Origin: a virus
Lineage: Duplodnaviria > Caudoviricetes
DNA length: 52,958 bases
Virus record (IMG/VR): IMGVR_UViG_3300025134_000002
Span: 1 to 52,958 of that record
Strand: one strand, 5' to 3'
Positions 1-9,441 of this stretch are shown one piece after another. The notes under the pieces are model-generated. The model did no database searches and had not been told where the DNA came from. It saw nothing but the letters and a program-made list of their open reading frames with translations. Numbering within the stretch: the first letter of the stretch is position 1; every line of letters begins with the position of its first letter. The position numbers and the translations under genes were made by a program.

Positions 1-112
1 CTTGGTAATCTCAGACCATTTCATGAGTTCCCCTCCAGCGACTTCAATCTTTCCAGGACACGCAAAATACCAATGCGAAAGGGTCGATGGCAGGAGAAGC
101 AGCGTACTTCCC

Positions 113-388
113 TCACGGCACCACCGCCTCGTGGCCCGCTTTCCATCGGAGGAACCGCAGGCGCTCCCACTCGGCAAGGGTGAATCGCCCATCGCAGAAC
201 ACGTTCTCAGGCTCGGCCATAGAGAACTCCCTGGCGCAGTGATTCGAGCAGAACGGCCCGACTCGACCATAGGCAACGGTCCGCCAGTACCACGTGCTCT
301 CACCGGGAACATTGCATTGCTCGCCCGACAGCGTGCCGCAGGTGAGGCAGCGGTAGGCTTCTGCCGTATGCGGTCGGTTGCAATTCAC
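113..388 (-). CDS. hypothetical small Cys-rich protein
   Basis: CxxC pairs and FCSNHC motif; start overlaps stop of 385..600. Confidence 0.5.
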   Translation of the reverse strand: MNCNRPHTAEAYRCLTCGTLSGEQCNVPGESTWYWRTVAYGRVGPFCSNHCAREFSMAEPENVFCDGRFTLAEWERLRFLRWKAGHEAVVP

Positions 389-600
389 GCCGACACCTCG
401 ATCTCACGCAGCTCGCCGATGAGATGGTCCGGACCGTGCTCATCCACAAAATAGAGGCGTCCGTCGATCACGCAGACTGGCGCTTCGAGTGCGCTACTAA
501 ACCAATTCGCGCAGTCCTGAGCACTCCAGCTAACGCCTTGTTTTCGATGCAGAGCAACGCCGGGATGATGCTGGAGGAATTCGCCGAGAGTCTGGCTCAT
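385..600 (-). CDS. hypothetical protein
   Basis: ATGA overlap with upstream gene stop at 597; same operon. Confidence 0.55.
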   Translation of the reverse strand: MSQTLGEFLQHHPGVALHRKQGVSWSAQDCANWFSSALEAPVCVIDGRLYFVDEHGPDHLIGELREIEVSA

Positions 601-1874
601 GATTCGACCAGTGGCCTCGCTTCGTCGGGCCGGCGCTCATAGGTCCAGTTCCACGCCTGCTGAGATGTCTGCATTTCAGGAGGGACACGAACCATAAAGT
701 CTCGGTACGACCCATCGGGCTCCGGCGTACTGTTGACGACCATCAGCATAACCAGTGGCTCATCGCCCGGAATCTCGCTCCGGAAGAGGGTGCCCCAGTC
801 ATCCTTGTGGATCTCTCGCGCCCCACTCTCTCGGAGATAGCGTTCCAGACCGAAGCGCTCCAGCATCACCCGGCGAACCTCAAGATTGGGCTCGTCGCGA
901 ATCTGTGGAATCGTAAGCGTGTTTGGGCACTCGATCACCTGCTGTGGGACACGCACGCCATGCCAGGCCCAGATCCCCCAGCCATCCGGATATTGCAACG
1001 CCGGTCCGGTTACACCGTGCAAGCGATGCTGATCATCACGGCGCAGCGTGTGGGGGCGGTCGGTCAGAACGACGGCATTGCGGAATGGCCACCACCAGCC
1101 GGCAGCCTTGGCCACGGTCACCATTCCCTCAAGCCGTTTCGGCGCAGCTAAGCCGCAGACGTCGTATAAATACCAGCCAAATGCTAGCCAATTTGAGTCA
1201 TGCTGCCCATAGGCAGGCTGATCCCAGACCTGATCCCAGACCTGAGCCCCGACCTGATCCCAGACCTGAGCCCCGACCTGATCCCAGACCTGAGCCCCGA
1301 CCTGAGCCCCGACCTGATCCCAGACCTGAGCCCCGACCTGATCCCAGACCTGAGCCCCGACCTGAGCCCCGACCTGAGCCCCGACCTGAGCCCCGACCTG
1401 AGCCCCGACCTGAGCCCAGACCTGAGCCCAGACCTGATCCCAGACCTGATCCCAGACCTGATCCCTGACCTGATCCCTGACCTGATCCCTGACCTGATCC
1501 CAGACCTGAGCCCCGACCTGAGCCCAGACCTGAGCCCCGACCTGAGCCCAGACCTGATCCCTGACCTGATCCCTGACCTGATCCCTGACCTGATCCCTGA
1601 CCTGATCCCCGACCTGATCCCAGACCTGATCCCTGACGGACCATATGGTCAGCATTGCTGACCCGATGGCGCCGCTGAAAGGAGACGGCAACCAAATGAC
1701 GATCTTTGGCGCGGCCAAGCCTGCCGCAGCGTATGCCAGCCTAACACCGCGTTCCGCCGCAGCTTGATCAGTTGGTGCCGTCGACAAGCCGTGTGCCAGC
1801 CACTCATCGCGGAAGCGGGGGAGTTCGGCTTCTTGCTCTGGCGTGAGGTGGTCAATAAGCTTAGTCGGCGGCAT
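597..1874 (-). CDS. DUF6745-like protein with internal V-[RWG]-[DA]-Q tetrapeptide repeat
   Basis: C-terminal [60 protein letters not shown] signature; start set at MPPTK (1874), overlapping end of partner gene. Confidence 0.8.
   Translation of the reverse strand: MPPTKLIDHLTPEQEAELPRFRDEWLAHGLSTAPTDQAAAERGVRLAYAAAGLAAPKIVIWLPSPFSGAIGSAMLTIWSVRDQVWDQVGDQVRDQVRDQVRDQVRDQVWAQVGAQVWAQVGAQVWDQVRDQVRDQVRDQVWDQVWDQVWAQVWAQVGAQVGAQVGAQVGAQVGAQVWDQVGAQVWDQVGAQVGAQVWDQVGAQVWDQVGAQVWDQVWDQPAYGQHDSNWLAFGWYLYDVCGLAAPKRLEGMVTVAKAAGWWWPFRNAVVLTDRPHTLRRDDQHRLHGVTGPALQYPDGWGIWAWHGVRVPQQVIECPNTLTIPQIRDEPNLEVRRVMLERFGLERYLRESGAREIHKDDWGTLFRSEIPGDEPLVMLMVVNSTPEPDGSYRDFMVRVPPEMQTSQQAWNWTYERRPDEARPLVES
1218..1637. 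repeat. 35 tandem copies of a 12-nt unit, minus strand GTC[T/A/G]GGG[A/C]TCAG
   Basis: Counted from translation: 35 units x 12 = 420 nt; variation at two positions only. Confidence 0.95.
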
Positions 1875-2184
1875 ATCGCGGAAGCTTCCGAGGCTGGTAC
1901 TCACGTTGGATAGTGATCCTGTAGGCGCCGGGGGGAACCGAGATGGTCGCGTGCTCCTGGTGGCTAAGTGCTGTTTCTCGCTCCACGCGTAGATAGCGTT
2001 CAGCCTCGGATGCCGTCAGCATCTCGGCATCAGCGAGTGCTACCGAATGGTGGTGGCCGGTCACCTCTCCACGCTGGATAATGAGGCGCGCGCCCTCCTG
2101 CTTCTCTAACGCAGCGCCCTTGGGGATCTCATCCGCCGGCGTTAGAAGCACGTCTCCCTGCCTGTATGCAATTCGTCTATTCAT
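1861..2184 (-). CDS. small His-rich protein (YRQGDV / GEVTGHHH / HQEH / QREY), partner of DUF6745-like gene
   Basis: Motifs in translation; 3' end overlaps the DUF6745-like start. Confidence 0.8.
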   Translation of the reverse strand: MNRRIAYRQGDVLLTPADEIPKGAALEKQEGARLIIQRGEVTGHHHSVALADAEMLTASEAERYLRVERETALSHQEHATISVPPGAYRITIQREYQPRKLPRYAAD

Positions 2185-2531
2185 GTGACTTTCCTTTCTG
2201 GATTGAATTGTTCCCTCGTACGAACCGCGCCACGGACCTGACTCGACGATGTCAACTCCAGATCAGCGCTCACTTTCTGAGCAGTAGGTCCCTGAATCTC
2301 GACCCACCAACTCCCTCCATTCAGTCGTGACGATCTCCTTCGTTTCCGACCGTGGCAGTGCCGCAGAATTCCCGCTGCGTCGCGGTACGCCTCACCGTTT
2401 GTCGCCGCGCGCCACGTGAGAAATCCGGTCATAGCGCGCGCAATGCTCATCCTCGTGATTCCCTTGCCGCAGCCAGAGTAGTATGCAGTTCCGTCTGGCA
2501 GCGCTACCACGTTGGGATCACCGATGCTCAT
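2181..2531 (-). CDS. hypothetical protein
   Basis: ATGA-type overlaps at both ends. Confidence 0.5.
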   Translation of the reverse strand: MSIGDPNVVALPDGTAYYSGCGKGITRMSIARAMTGFLTWRAATNGEAYRDAAGILRHCHGRKRRRSSRLNGGSWWVEIQGPTAQKVSADLELTSSSQVRGAVRTREQFNPERKVT

Positions 2532-2833
2532 GGCGTTGCCAGCCACTCACGGATACGGGCTACGACGCGCATTCGTCCTTTTTCTCGACCCGTCGCGCTA
2601 TCGTAGAGGTTCACGAGTTCCCACATCGATGTGTGGCAGAATTGCAGAAATTCATCGAACGGTGTGAAGCCATAGAGGTCGCCAGGCCGAGCCATCGCAT
2701 CTTGCAGAAAGGTCACTGGACAGACGCGGCCAAGATCATCTCGAAACATGCGAGAGCGTGGTAGCGTCAGTTGCGTAACCGGCAATCGCTCCAATTCGGT
2801 GACAGCCTTCTCGATAGCGTCGACATCGTTCAT
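2528..2833 (-). CDS. hypothetical protein
   Basis: Coupled start/stop overlaps in operon. Confidence 0.55.
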   Translation of the reverse strand: MNDVDAIEKAVTELERLPVTQLTLPRSRMFRDDLGRVCPVTFLQDAMARPGDLYGFTPFDEFLQFCHTSMWELVNLYDSATGREKGRMRVVARIREWLATP

Positions 2834-3117
2834 GGTTTCGCCTCGATTCGGCCCTCAGCGCACTCCTCAAGCGCGAGGATTGCCGCTAGCTTCTCTTTCG
2901 ATGCTCGATCGATGGTTCTAGCAGCCTCAGCCGCCTGATGCGCGTATTGCGCCTGAATCCCAGAACGAGTTGCCAGCGCGATCACCAGTTCCTGTTCCGC
3001 GATGAAGGTACGAAGGCTGTCTGAGGTGCTCACAACACCCTCCCAAATTCGAGCGCCTTGCGACAGGCGTTCTCGTAGGAACTGAGCAGATTCTGATATA
3101 GCTGGAATTTCTCCCAA
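2830..3117 (-). CDS. hypothetical helical protein (start uncertain)
   Basis: Stop overlaps next start; fills operon gap. Confidence 0.4.
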   Translation of the reverse strand: MGEIPAISESAQFLRERLSQGARIWEGVVSTSDSLRTFIAEQELVIALATRSGIQAQYAHQAAEAARTIDRASKEKLAAILALEECAEGRIEAKP

Positions 3118-3368
3118 TATTCGGGCGTATGCATCTTTCGCCGCTCTTCCAAGTCCTGCAGTATGTCGAAACCACGGTCGATCCGTGCCGCCAACAGCAT
3201 TGCCATGAGCGGGAACTTGTTCTTCCGTATCACGTCGGCCAGCTCAGTTGTGACCTTCGCCTTCGGCGAGAGGAACAGTTTGGTCCCATCCGTGGATATC
3301 ATGATCCCTTCCTTCGCGACGTGTTTCAGGATGTGATCCGGAGTGAGGAGTCCGTAGGCGGAGGTCAT
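3030..3368 (-). CDS. hypothetical protein, N-terminus resembling TubC-N-like small phage domain
   Basis: GIMISTDGTKLFL..VTTELADVIRKNK pattern; TGATG coupling to helicase stop. Confidence 0.55.
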   Translation of the reverse strand: MTSAYGLLTPDHILKHVAKEGIMISTDGTKLFLSPKAKVTTELADVIRKNKFPLMAMLLAARIDRGFDILQDLEERRKMHTPEYWEKFQLYQNLLSSYENACRKALEFGRVL

Positions 3369-4768
3369 CAGAACGCCACCTCATCGTCGCCGGCTACGGA
3401 AAGCACCGCTGCTCTCATCGGTGCGACTGACGGCTCCTCACTGTGCCGCGTCCCGAGGTTGACGAATTGGGTGTATTCTCCGCGGAAGCCGACCAAAACG
3501 CGGCCAGTCTTCCCATGACGGTTTTTGCGGATGTCCAGGCGCTTCTTGACAACCTGCCGAGGAGACGACCAATTGTCATCGTCATTAGACAGCATGAGTA
3601 CAATGTCGGCGTCCTGCTCTGTTCCGCCCCACCGAAGGTCGGTGAGCTCCGGATCGCCTCCTGCCCGCTTCTCAGGCTCTCGGCTGAGCTGTGAGAGCGC
3701 CAACACCGGAGCGTCGCAGCGGCGAGCGATCTCCTTGGCCCTGCCACTAACGTATTCGGCCTGAGCAGTTCGGTTCTTCTCGCTGCCACGGTAGCGGCAG
3801 AGCTGCAGATAATCGATGGCGACCAGATCCATTCGTCCCTGCTGCGTTCGTTCATTGACATCGTTCGAGATGTCGTCGATCGTCCAGCCCGCTGCCGAAA
3901 CGATGTCAACGGGTGCCGCGCGGACCTTGGCACCGACATGGAGAGCCTTCTCCTGAACCGGTCCGTCTGGGAGCCGATTCTGGAGCGTACTCAGTAGGAT
4001 CTGTCCTTCGATGCAGGTAAGCCGCTGGTTGATCTCCTCAGCACTCATTTCGTAGCTGTACAGTATGCCTCGGCCAGACCGCCTAATCACCACATGATGC
4101 AGGATCGTCACGGCACACGCCGTCTTGCCGAGCGAGGGCCTGCCTCCGAGTACGATGAGGTGACCTCGGCGCATTCCGCCGTTGAGTGCCCAGTCCAGGT
4201 CTTCCAGCCCGGTCGGGATGAAGTCTTCCTCTACCCGCTCACCCCTCCAACCGGCCATAACGCGGTCCCAAGCTTCCTCCCGGCTCGACGCCGTCTTCTG
4301 CAGGATGACGAGTTCCTGGAGTTTGCCGAGTCGCTGCTTTGCGCTCTCCAGTTGATCCACGAGGTTGGCGGTGTCGAGGCCCAGCATGAGCTGTTCACCG
4401 ACCTGACCGCTCTGCCGTGCGACCGACTCCCGCAGCACGATATTGGCGTAGCGCAGAGCGTGTAGCGACGTTGGCACCTCGTTTGGCAGCGCTGCTACAT
4501 AGTTGTAGCCGCCTGCGGCATCTACGTCGCCTCGCTGTTCAAGCTCGTGGAATACCAGCACGAAGTCCGTGGGCGCATCTCGAGCCAGCAGGCCCTCCAT
4601 GACATTGAATAGGACCTGGTGCGGAGGAAGGTAGAAGTCGCTGGCTGAAAGAAAGGTGGCCACCTGTGGCATAACGTACGGATCGATCAGCAGTGAGCCG
4701 AGTACTACCTGCTCTGCGGTGATGTCGGCGTGGTCAATGGCCGGTGTCGTGGGAAGGCTATGAGTCAT
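3368..4768 (-). CDS. dnaB: replicative DNA helicase, DnaB family
   Basis: AEQVVLGSLL N-domain, Walker A GGRPSLGKT, DYLQL, LSQLSR, EQDAD, KNRHG; start set at MTHSL. Confidence 0.95.
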   Translation of the reverse strand: MTHSLPTTPAIDHADITAEQVVLGSLLIDPYVMPQVATFLSASDFYLPPHQVLFNVMEGLLARDAPTDFVLVFHELEQRGDVDAAGGYNYVAALPNEVPTSLHALRYANIVLRESVARQSGQVGEQLMLGLDTANLVDQLESAKQRLGKLQELVILQKTASSREEAWDRVMAGWRGERVEEDFIPTGLEDLDWALNGGMRRGHLIVLGGRPSLGKTACAVTILHHVVIRRSGRGILYSYEMSAEEINQRLTCIEGQILLSTLQNRLPDGPVQEKALHVGAKVRAAPVDIVSAAGWTIDDISNDVNERTQQGRMDLVAIDYLQLCRYRGSEKNRTAQAEYVSGRAKEIARRCDAPVLALSQLSREPEKRAGGDPELTDLRWGGTEQDADIVLMLSNDDDNWSSPRQVVKKRLDIRKNRHGKTGRVLVGFRGEYTQFVNLGTRHSEEPSVAPMRAAVLSVAGDDEVAF

Positions 4769-5801
4769 GGAATGCCGGCCTCCGGAGCGGCGATGGCGGA
4801 TGCATCGGTCGACTGTAGATCTCCTGCAGCGCCGCTCTCTCCTCCGGCGTGCATGTGATGACCTCAAGCGGCTCTGAAGTGGGTAGCGAATGGTGGCTGC
4901 TGCGTGCCCAAGCCGGTGGATTAGCCGCGTTTTTAAGCCAATTCCCGTAGGTGAGCACCCAGCTCTTCACCTTCGTCTTGTGGCTTCGTTTCCATTCGAC
5001 GCAGTCATACGCCGCGTTGACCGGGTGGATCGTGATACCCTTCTTCTCTGCTTCCGGTATCCATTCAGCGAGCTTCCTGGCAATGCCAGCGACATTCTCA
5101 GGCAATAACTCCATTGGATACGGTGTCGACTTGTCGGCAAAAATGACGGCTATGTCGCGCGCGGTGCCACTACCGTTCGGAGGAATCAGAGGTCGTTCTT
5201 TGATCGGCGGAATGGATTCCTCATCCTGCCTCGCGCGCGCTACCTCAGTGTTAGTAATAGCGACAGAATCGTTAGAACCGATAGTGGTAGTGTTCGGTAG
5301 GGTACTGTACGGTAGGGTACGGTTGGGTACGGTAGCGGGTGCACGTGCTGGTAACGTGTCCTGCACGTTACCAGCACGTGCACTGTACGCATCCTCTATA
5401 AAGGAAGAGTTTGACCCATCAGGCGTTTCCTCATGATGATGGGCGGTCGATTTTGCACGGCGCTGACGCATGCGCTCGGCATTCGCCTTGCGCTGCTCTA
5501 CGAGTTTGCCGGCGTAATCCCACCAGTCGTGGAGACTCATTGCCTCTGATGAGCGGTCTATCCAGCCCGCCTGAATGAGCGCCTCGACAAATTTATCGGG
5601 GTCCCCATGCCAGCGAGCTCCGTAGGCTACCTCATCTGACGTAAAGTCCGTTAAGTCGCCGTCCTCCGCATAGCTAATCGCCCAATGCCAGAGGACGTGA
5701 AGATGACCGAGCATGAGTATGACGTCAATGTCCAAGATCTTCGCGGCGCGGCGTGTCTTCGGATGGTCGATGAGGTTCTGATGCGACTCGATCCAGGCCA
5801 T
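4758..5801 (-). CDS. phage replication initiator / replisome organiser
   Basis: MAWIESHQ..HPKT..GHLHVLWHWA..LHDWWDY..NAERMRQRR N-terminus; directly upstream of DnaB; internal DNA repeats. Confidence 0.75.
   Translation of the reverse strand: MAWIESHQNLIDHPKTRRAAKILDIDVILMLGHLHVLWHWAISYAEDGDLTDFTSDEVAYGARWHGDPDKFVEALIQAGWIDRSSEAMSLHDWWDYAGKLVEQRKANAERMRQRRAKSTAHHHEETPDGSNSSFIEDAYSARAGNVQDTLPARAPATVPNRTLPYSTLPNTTTIGSNDSVAITNTEVARARQDEESIPPIKERPLIPPNGSGTARDIAVIFADKSTPYPMELLPENVAGIARKLAEWIPEAEKKGITIHPVNAAYDCVEWKRSHKTKVKSWVLTYGNWLKNAANPPAWARSSHHSLPTSEPLEVITCTPEERAALQEIYSRPMHPPSPLRRPAFHDS
5290..5383. other. probable replication origin inside initiator gene
   Basis: GGT(A/T)GGGTAC direct repeats, then perfect 20-bp inverted repeat 5339-5358/5364-5383 with 5-nt spacer. 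Confidence 0.6.
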
Positions 5802-6325
5802 TAACTCGCCCACTTTCTGCGATTACATGGACGGCACAGGACCTGGAGATTATCAGGCTCATTGCTCTCGCCGCGAACAATAGGAATGATATGGTCAATC
5901 TCGAGATGGTCCGTTGAGCCGCACTGCCGACATCTATGACTATCGCGTTCGAGAATTCTTGGACGAAGCAAATGGCGTGCACGATCCCACGGTGCTCTCA
6001 TCCACCGATTCACGCTGTACCGCTGATCTCTCCTCCACCGCACCGGATCAAACTGGATGGCCTTCTCTTCCTGATTCCATGTGATAAGGCCTAGTTTATC
6101 CATCGCGAGAAGCGCTCCGTATACATCCTGCTCCTCTTTGTCCCGTCGACCCGGGATTACCCGGCGCAAGATTTCGGATGGAGAGCCGTGTAGCGAACCG
6201 CCAGCAGTACAATGTGGGATCATCCAGGTATAGAGCAGTACGGCAAAACAACCGTGATTCCGAGCGAGAGCAGTGACTTGGACGTCGGTTGAAAGGTCGG
6301 TGCTAATAAACCGCCTGCGGCTCAT
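5801..6325 (-). CDS. initiator-like N-terminal domain fused to HNH endonuclease
   Basis: ILERDSHRCRQCG..LEIDHIIP..GESNEPDNLQVLCRPCNRRK; start 6325 supported by TGATG overlap. Confidence 0.85.
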   Translation of the reverse strand: MSRRRFISTDLSTDVQVTALARNHGCFAVLLYTWMIPHCTAGGSLHGSPSEILRRVIPGRRDKEEQDVYGALLAMDKLGLITWNQEEKAIQFDPVRWRRDQRYSVNRWMRAPWDRARHLLRPRILERDSHRCRQCGSTDHLEIDHIIPIVRGESNEPDNLQVLCRPCNRRKWAS

Positions 6326-6516
6326 CAGATCCCCACTTTCTGCAGCCGTGGATGCGGCGCGATACCCCGCTCCCACGGCTGCAGCGTCAACCAACATCCT
6401 GGACAGAGGATGCTTCCGTCGTAGCGTCCATGCTCTCTGCCGGGCACAATCCGATGCAGGCACACATGGCAGCGCTTCTGCGGTGGCGTCTTCTTGACCG
6501 TCGTCCGAGTAGTCAT
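6325..6516 (-). CDS. small Zn-finger protein
   Basis: CHVC..CPGC; stop/start overlaps at both ends. Confidence 0.55.
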   Translation of the reverse strand: MTTRTTVKKTPPQKRCHVCLHRIVPGREHGRYDGSILCPGCWLTLQPWERGIAPHPRLQKVGI

Positions 6517-6857
6517 AGTCCAAGTCCCTCAAAGGCGCGTGCCGCCGCTTCCTGTCCGAAGTAGTCGTTCGCGGATATTACCTCGCGAAGTTGGCGGAAG
6601 TTGGTGTCATACGCATTGGCTACGCAGGCCATGGCATGCCTGTCTATTTCGTCCCTGTTTGCTCCATCGAATCTGTGTCCCAAATATCGAGCAACGATGC
6701 CGATGGCGCAGTGAAATTCCGTGCCATGTGGATCGATGTAGCGGACTGAACCGGGTAGCCACCTACCGTTCGGCCACATCCTCAGCAGTTCTGACGGATT
6801 CAATTCCGTTGCCGGTATCTGCTCCGTTGTCGGTCGTTCCTCGATTTGAATTACCAT
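6513..6857 (-). CDS. hypothetical protein
   Basis: TGATG coupling to upstream gene. Confidence 0.6.
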   Translation of the reverse strand: MVIQIEERPTTEQIPATELNPSELLRMWPNGRWLPGSVRYIDPHGTEFHCAIGIVARYLGHRFDGANRDEIDRHAMACVANAYDTNFRQLREVISANDYFGQEAAARAFEGLGL

Positions 6858-8158
6858 CAGACGCTGACCTCCTCTGCATCCATGAGCTCCTGCTGCTCGG
6901 GCGGAACGATCGAGACGCCGCCTGAATCCTCATCCATGTTGATGTCGGTCGCGAGCGGAGCCGTCAGCCTGTCGATTCGACTCCGTATCTTATTGATGAC
7001 CTTCTGAATCTCTGCGGGCTCTAACTCTGTCCAGTCCCTGCCTGCCATATGGAGCACCTCTCGAATCTCCTTGTACGCATCAAGCGCCATCTGCCGCGGC
7101 CTCTGGAGATCGCCCAACTCCTTGAGCGCCTGAAGCATCTCCGGATCAGGACCACTGCTCTTCGCGGTGCTTGTTGACGGTGCCTGTGACGCGGGTTTCG
7201 GCGTCTGTTTGGTGTTCGGAGCAGGGTTGCTCTTCGCTTCGTTGTAGGCGCGGCTCAACTCCGCAATCCGCTCCGACGCCTCTGCACTCGTCATATCGCC
7301 CACATCCTCGGACCGTCCCAGGAGTCGGGTCAATTTGGATATCGTCGCCAGTTGGTCGGCGCTGGCCGGTTTGTATGACGATGCTTTGGGGGCCGGTGCA
7401 GATGCGGTGCTCTCAGGCTCCTGGTTGGACTGCGCCGCAGGCGTCTCCTCAGTTACCGTGTATTCCGCGGCACCTAGGTCGTAGATGTCTTCCAGATCCT
7501 GCGTGAACAGCTCCGAGAGGCAGCCCAGCCCAGTAGCGGCATCGACATACGCGCGCTTCTTCGCCATTTTGAGCACGACGTTGTGCAGGTCGTAGACATC
7601 CGGGTTCTCTACTCTGCCGGTCCTCTGCGACTCGATCTTCGGGTCGCCGTATTGGAACTTGCTGCCACAGCCGCCCTTTTTCCGATAGCAGATATAGCCG
7701 CCGCCGTACTCCTTCTTGCCTTCGATAATCGCCTCCTCATCGCAATCCGGGCAGCGCCTGCCTCCCTGCCGCCAGCGGTACTTGCTCTCCATCGTGCTGC
7801 AGTTACCGATGCCGGCTGCGACCGCGTTCTGACTAGCGCGTGACTTGAATAGAACCTCGACATCGTATTTAATGTGACCATCACCCAGGTCCTTCTCTCG
7901 GATGTGGAACTCTGGGTAGCAGTTGTAAAACATCGCTGCCTTTTGTGCGCCCGGCAAGAGCAGCGTCGGCCTGTCACCGGTACCGGGGATGGCGCCGAAG
8001 TCGACTCCCGGTCTCATTTCATTACGCACGAAGGTCCGCATCCATTTGAGCTGCTCCATCGTGCGCCGGACATCGAACTCCCCATACGGCACGACGCGGC
8101 TGGAGTCTTCCTGGGCAGCGGGCACCTCTCCCCGTTCCATAACAGCAGCTCCGTTCAT
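6857..8158 (-). CDS. putative ssDNA-annealing/recombination protein with Zn-ribbon insert
   Basis: GVDFGAIPGT..PTLLLPGAQK and KMAKKRAYVDA..SELFTQDLED motifs; CPDC..C..C insert; AGGAGGA RBS; replication-module position. Confidence 0.6.
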   Translation of the reverse strand: MNGAAVMERGEVPAAQEDSSRVVPYGEFDVRRTMEQLKWMRTFVRNEMRPGVDFGAIPGTGDRPTLLLPGAQKAAMFYNCYPEFHIREKDLGDGHIKYDVEVLFKSRASQNAVAAGIGNCSTMESKYRWRQGGRRCPDCDEEAIIEGKKEYGGGYICYRKKGGCGSKFQYGDPKIESQRTGRVENPDVYDLHNVVLKMAKKRAYVDAATGLGCLSELFTQDLEDIYDLGAAEYTVTEETPAAQSNQEPESTASAPAPKASSYKPASADQLATISKLTRLLGRSEDVGDMTSAEASERIAELSRAYNEAKSNPAPNTKQTPKPASQAPSTSTAKSSGPDPEMLQALKELGDLQRPRQMALDAYKEIREVLHMAGRDWTELEPAEIQKVINKIRSRIDRLTAPLATDINMDEDSGGVSIVPPEQQELMDAEEVSV

Positions 8159-8160
8159 GT

Positions 8161-8511
8161 CTATCCTCCTTGTGCGAATGTGGAAACTGCCGCGGCGATC
8201 GTCAGACCCAGGAGCAAAATCACCGCGACCCAGAGAAACGCCTCATGCCACGGAATATTCTTGATGTCGACGCGCCGGTCATCGTCATTCCAGTCCATGA
8301 GCTTCCTCCTCGGCCTGATTTCTCGTAGCCGGCCATGTCTAATCGTCCAGACGTAATAGCCGCGGTTGGAAATGATGAGTCCCGCCGGCTGTCCGCGGTA
8401 GCGCAGCCGGTGACATAGCGCCTCTGCTTGCTGTCGGTTGACGACCGTGCGCCGTGTTCGCTCGGTCATATGGCGCGCGATATGTCCCTCAGCGTGAAAC
8501 GAGATGGACAT
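8161..8511 (-). CDS. hypothetical protein with C-terminal TM helix
   Basis: AFLWVAVILLLGLTIAAAV; AGGAG RBS. Confidence 0.6.
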   Translation of the reverse strand: MSISFHAEGHIARHMTERTRRTVVNRQQAEALCHRLRYRGQPAGLIISNRGYYVWTIRHGRLREIRPRRKLMDWNDDDRRVDIKNIPWHEAFLWVAVILLLGLTIAAAVSTFAQGG

Positions 8512-8797
8512 GCCGCCGCTCCTTTCCTCGGACCTCGCCCGTCGCTAGGTCAATGGACCTCCCGTTCATATCCCAGAGGCCTCCGCCGATCGAGCAGTAG
8601 TAGGCGAGATGGTCTTTGCCTCGCACCTGCACTATGTGGGAGTGCATTACTCGGTATGGGTGAAATGGGCAGAACGTCGCGCCGTCTTTCGTGATTGCGT
8701 CCGGGTGCTCGGACGGCCTGACAGTCGCTTCGTGACTAGCGGCACGAGCGAGCCCTTCGCGCATTATCGGCTTCGTCATACTTCGTGTTCCTTTCAT
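8489..8797 (-). CDS. hypothetical protein
   Basis: Operon position; CPFH..YYC residues. Confidence 0.5.
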   Translation of the reverse strand: MKGTRSMTKPIMREGLARAASHEATVRPSEHPDAITKDGATFCPFHPYRVMHSHIVQVRGKDHLAYYCSIGGGLWDMNGRSIDLATGEVRGKERRHVHLVSR

Positions 8798-9441
8798 CAG
8801 CGCACTAGCCTGAGGCGCTCTTGGCTATCTGGTGCCGCCAGAATGTTCGCCATGCCGGTCTGCGAACGGCCGAGGCGTATCATCCAGAATCCTGCCTTGT
8901 CGTACTCCTCGAATTCGACGTAGTAGAACCATGCGCGGCTGTTGTGAGGCGGCGTCACAGCCTGCCGCTCCTGTGGATGGGTGAGAGCGTACTGCACCAA
9001 CTCCTTTGTGCCCGCAATGCCGCCGTCGACCAGGTGTCCAGTCCGGCTATCCACGTACAGGTGGTAGTGGTACCAGGGGCGCAGTCGCTGAGCGTGACCC
9101 TCATTAAGGGCTAGCCGCAACTTCTGTAGTTCCGTCTTTCCGCCGGACCGAATGCGCGAGCGAATTGTCCATGTAGAGAATCCATCCCACGGCTGTGCCC
9201 GCGCGGCGATGGGGACGACAAGGTCTTGAAGTGGGCTCTTCACGAGGTAGTCAATGCAGGCGCACGTATCAAGCAGACACAGAGTCGGGTGTTTCTCCAC
9301 CTCGACCGGAAAAAGACGGAGCGGCTTCTTACCGTCGCCACCAAGCGGCTCGCTCAGTTCCGGCAATTCGTTCCACAGGCGCATAAAGTTTTCTTTGCTC
9401 CGGCGTGAATCCCCGTCTGGGTCATCATTGAGAACGTTCAA
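8797..9441 (-). CDS. methylase-associated protein, possible restriction-endonuclease-like fold
   Basis: Overlaps end of methylase; LD..CIDY..IAARAQ..TWTIR..SGGKTELQK pattern. Confidence 0.5.
   Translation of the reverse strand: MNVLNDDPDGDSRRSKENFMRLWNELPELSEPLGGDGKKPLRLFPVEVEKHPTLCLLDTCACIDYLVKSPLQDLVVPIAARAQPWDGFSTWTIRSRIRSGGKTELQKLRLALNEGHAQRLRPWYHYHLYVDSRTGHLVDGGIAGTKELVQYALTHPQERQAVTPPHNSRAWFYYVEFEEYDKAGFWMIRLGRSQTGMANILAAPDSQERLRLVR

Noticed and set aside
1218-1637. CRISPR array or DGR variable region
   Set aside because: No unique spacers, no separate template repeat and no reverse transcriptase in the window.
1198-1695. Alternative-frame repeat ORFs ([24 protein letters not shown])
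   Set aside because: Open only because the 12-nt unit has no stop in those frames; only the V-x-x-Q frame is continuous with recognisable flanking domains.
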